A stretch of DNA of 63,943 nt, counting the filler, from Octopus bimaculoides (Eukaryota): NCBI RefSeq assembly GCF_001194135.2. It is 8 parts of 7 records of this genome, joined end to end, with 100 filler letters (N's around TTAATTAATTAA, not from the genome) between each part and the next. Parts side by side here need not be neighbours in the genome. Positions count along the whole stretch, not along the records: positions 59,116 to 62,745 come from NW_026351120.1; positions 62,846 to 63,943 come from NW_026300547.1; 6 more parts are not named here. The stretch is one strand, 5' to 3'. The notes below the pieces were generated by a model that saw only the letters and a program-made list of their open reading frames with translations, had not been told where the DNA came from and did no database searches. How positions within the stretch are numbered: position 1 is the stretch's first letter; every line of letters begins with the position of its first letter. Of this stretch, positions 62,734 to 63,943 are shown piece by piece. Made by a program: the position numbers and the translations under genes.

Positions 62734-63943
62734 TATATATGTATANNNNNNNNNNNNNNNNNNNNNNNNNNNNNNNNNNNNNNNNNNNNTTAATTAATTA
62801 ANNNNNNNNNNNNNNNNNNNNNNNNNNNNNNNNNNNNNNNNNNNNCAGGATCACCAAATAACCTACAAGACAAACATCTTTTGAATTAATGCTTGATTAT
62901 ATCAAATCAATGCAAATGAATATATATTACATTTGACAGAATAATCTGAATGCCGAAGGATTAAACTTAGCAGCTTTATTCATAAAGGCTTGTATTGAAA
63001 AAAAACAACTTATTTACCAGCATGACATTTGACCTCTCAAAACATATTAGAAGACAGTTACTGATGTTGTTCTAAAAAAAAACCATTTATTGTTATATTG
63101 CTTCGTACATTGAGGTGAGACATTGTTTATAAGTTCCGATGTTACTTATTCATTTATTTAATTCATCTGAATCAAATTACTCTGATTAATAATTGAGGTA
63201 CTGATAGAGTATTAGCTCTAATTAAGGGAGAATCAGCTAATTATAATTCATGGAAAATAACTTAAGGAAAAATGCAGGGAACAGTGAAAGTCTCTGTGAA
63301 ATTTCAGAGGAGAGAGAAGGAAAAGAAGGAGAGAAGGAAAAAACCCAATAATTAATGTATAGAGAGAGAGCCATAATCTGTGCCAGTAATCATAACTTAT
63401 AAAAACTAAACAATAAACAGAATAAGACAAATCTAATAGAAAAATGGTCAGCACATTGATGGGAAGATGACATTGGCATAAGCGAATAGATATGAACATT
63501 AGACTAATGAAAATAGCTTAGGCAATAATCAGTGACAACATAAAGACATAACTCTATAAATTTATGAATGTATGTAAGTTAAATATGGAAATTTTGAGAG
63601 ACCAGTTATATAGCTGCAAGGAAGTTACAAGTTGAAAGGCTGAAAAGAATAGAGAAGGAAAAATATCTGATATTCTCAATAAGAAAATAAAACAAGAAAA
63701 TGAAAAACCATGAACACCAACATTTCTCTTTAATAAATATTTTCATATCATTGAGAATAAAGCAAATGAATTCAATAATTTAAGTTCAGTAGAGAGGTTA
63801 GATCACTACTAAAATAATTAAAATTTATGGAGAATATTAAGAAAATGTTAAAAAAAATTATAAAGGTCATAACTAGGAGAACAAATATATTATCTAAGGC
63901 TTGAAGCAAATTCAATGAAGTTATTGAATTAAATTATATAAAA

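Noticed and set aside
62847-63943. A-rich block that might be a decayed Penelope N-terminal ORF
   Set aside because: All frames are interrupted by frequent stops and show no diagnostic motif; needs a profile search.

Overview
AT-rich, microsatellite-saturated eukaryotic non-coding DNA. The SINE families look like those I recall from octopod cephalopods, but the organism is inferred, not verified. I recognise no host protein-coding gene; almost all long ORFs in the track come from N-gaps or simple repeats. Real coding remnants are all transposon-derived: two mariner transposase pseudogenes, a rearranged Helitron RepHel remnant, fragments of RTE, CR1-like, L1/Tx1 and two RLE-type (R4/Dong-like) LINEs, and a Penelope GIY-YIG fragment. 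There are also about 20 tRNA-derived SINE copies, a hAT MITE and a ~470-bp foldback element. Seven identical 100-bp N44-TTAATTAATTAA-N44 spacers are artificial joins. The most notable signal is a set of eight type I hammerhead-ribozyme-like motifs from at least five unrelated sequence families. One sits in a composite of a tRNA-like Pol III head, an (AAT)n linker and a hammerhead-bearing tail, with an inverted second tail (25225-25770). Two others are decayed copies (33304-33381, 43458-43530) that together reconstruct a long-stemmed hammerhead. All structures were paired by eye and need computational and biochemical confirmation.
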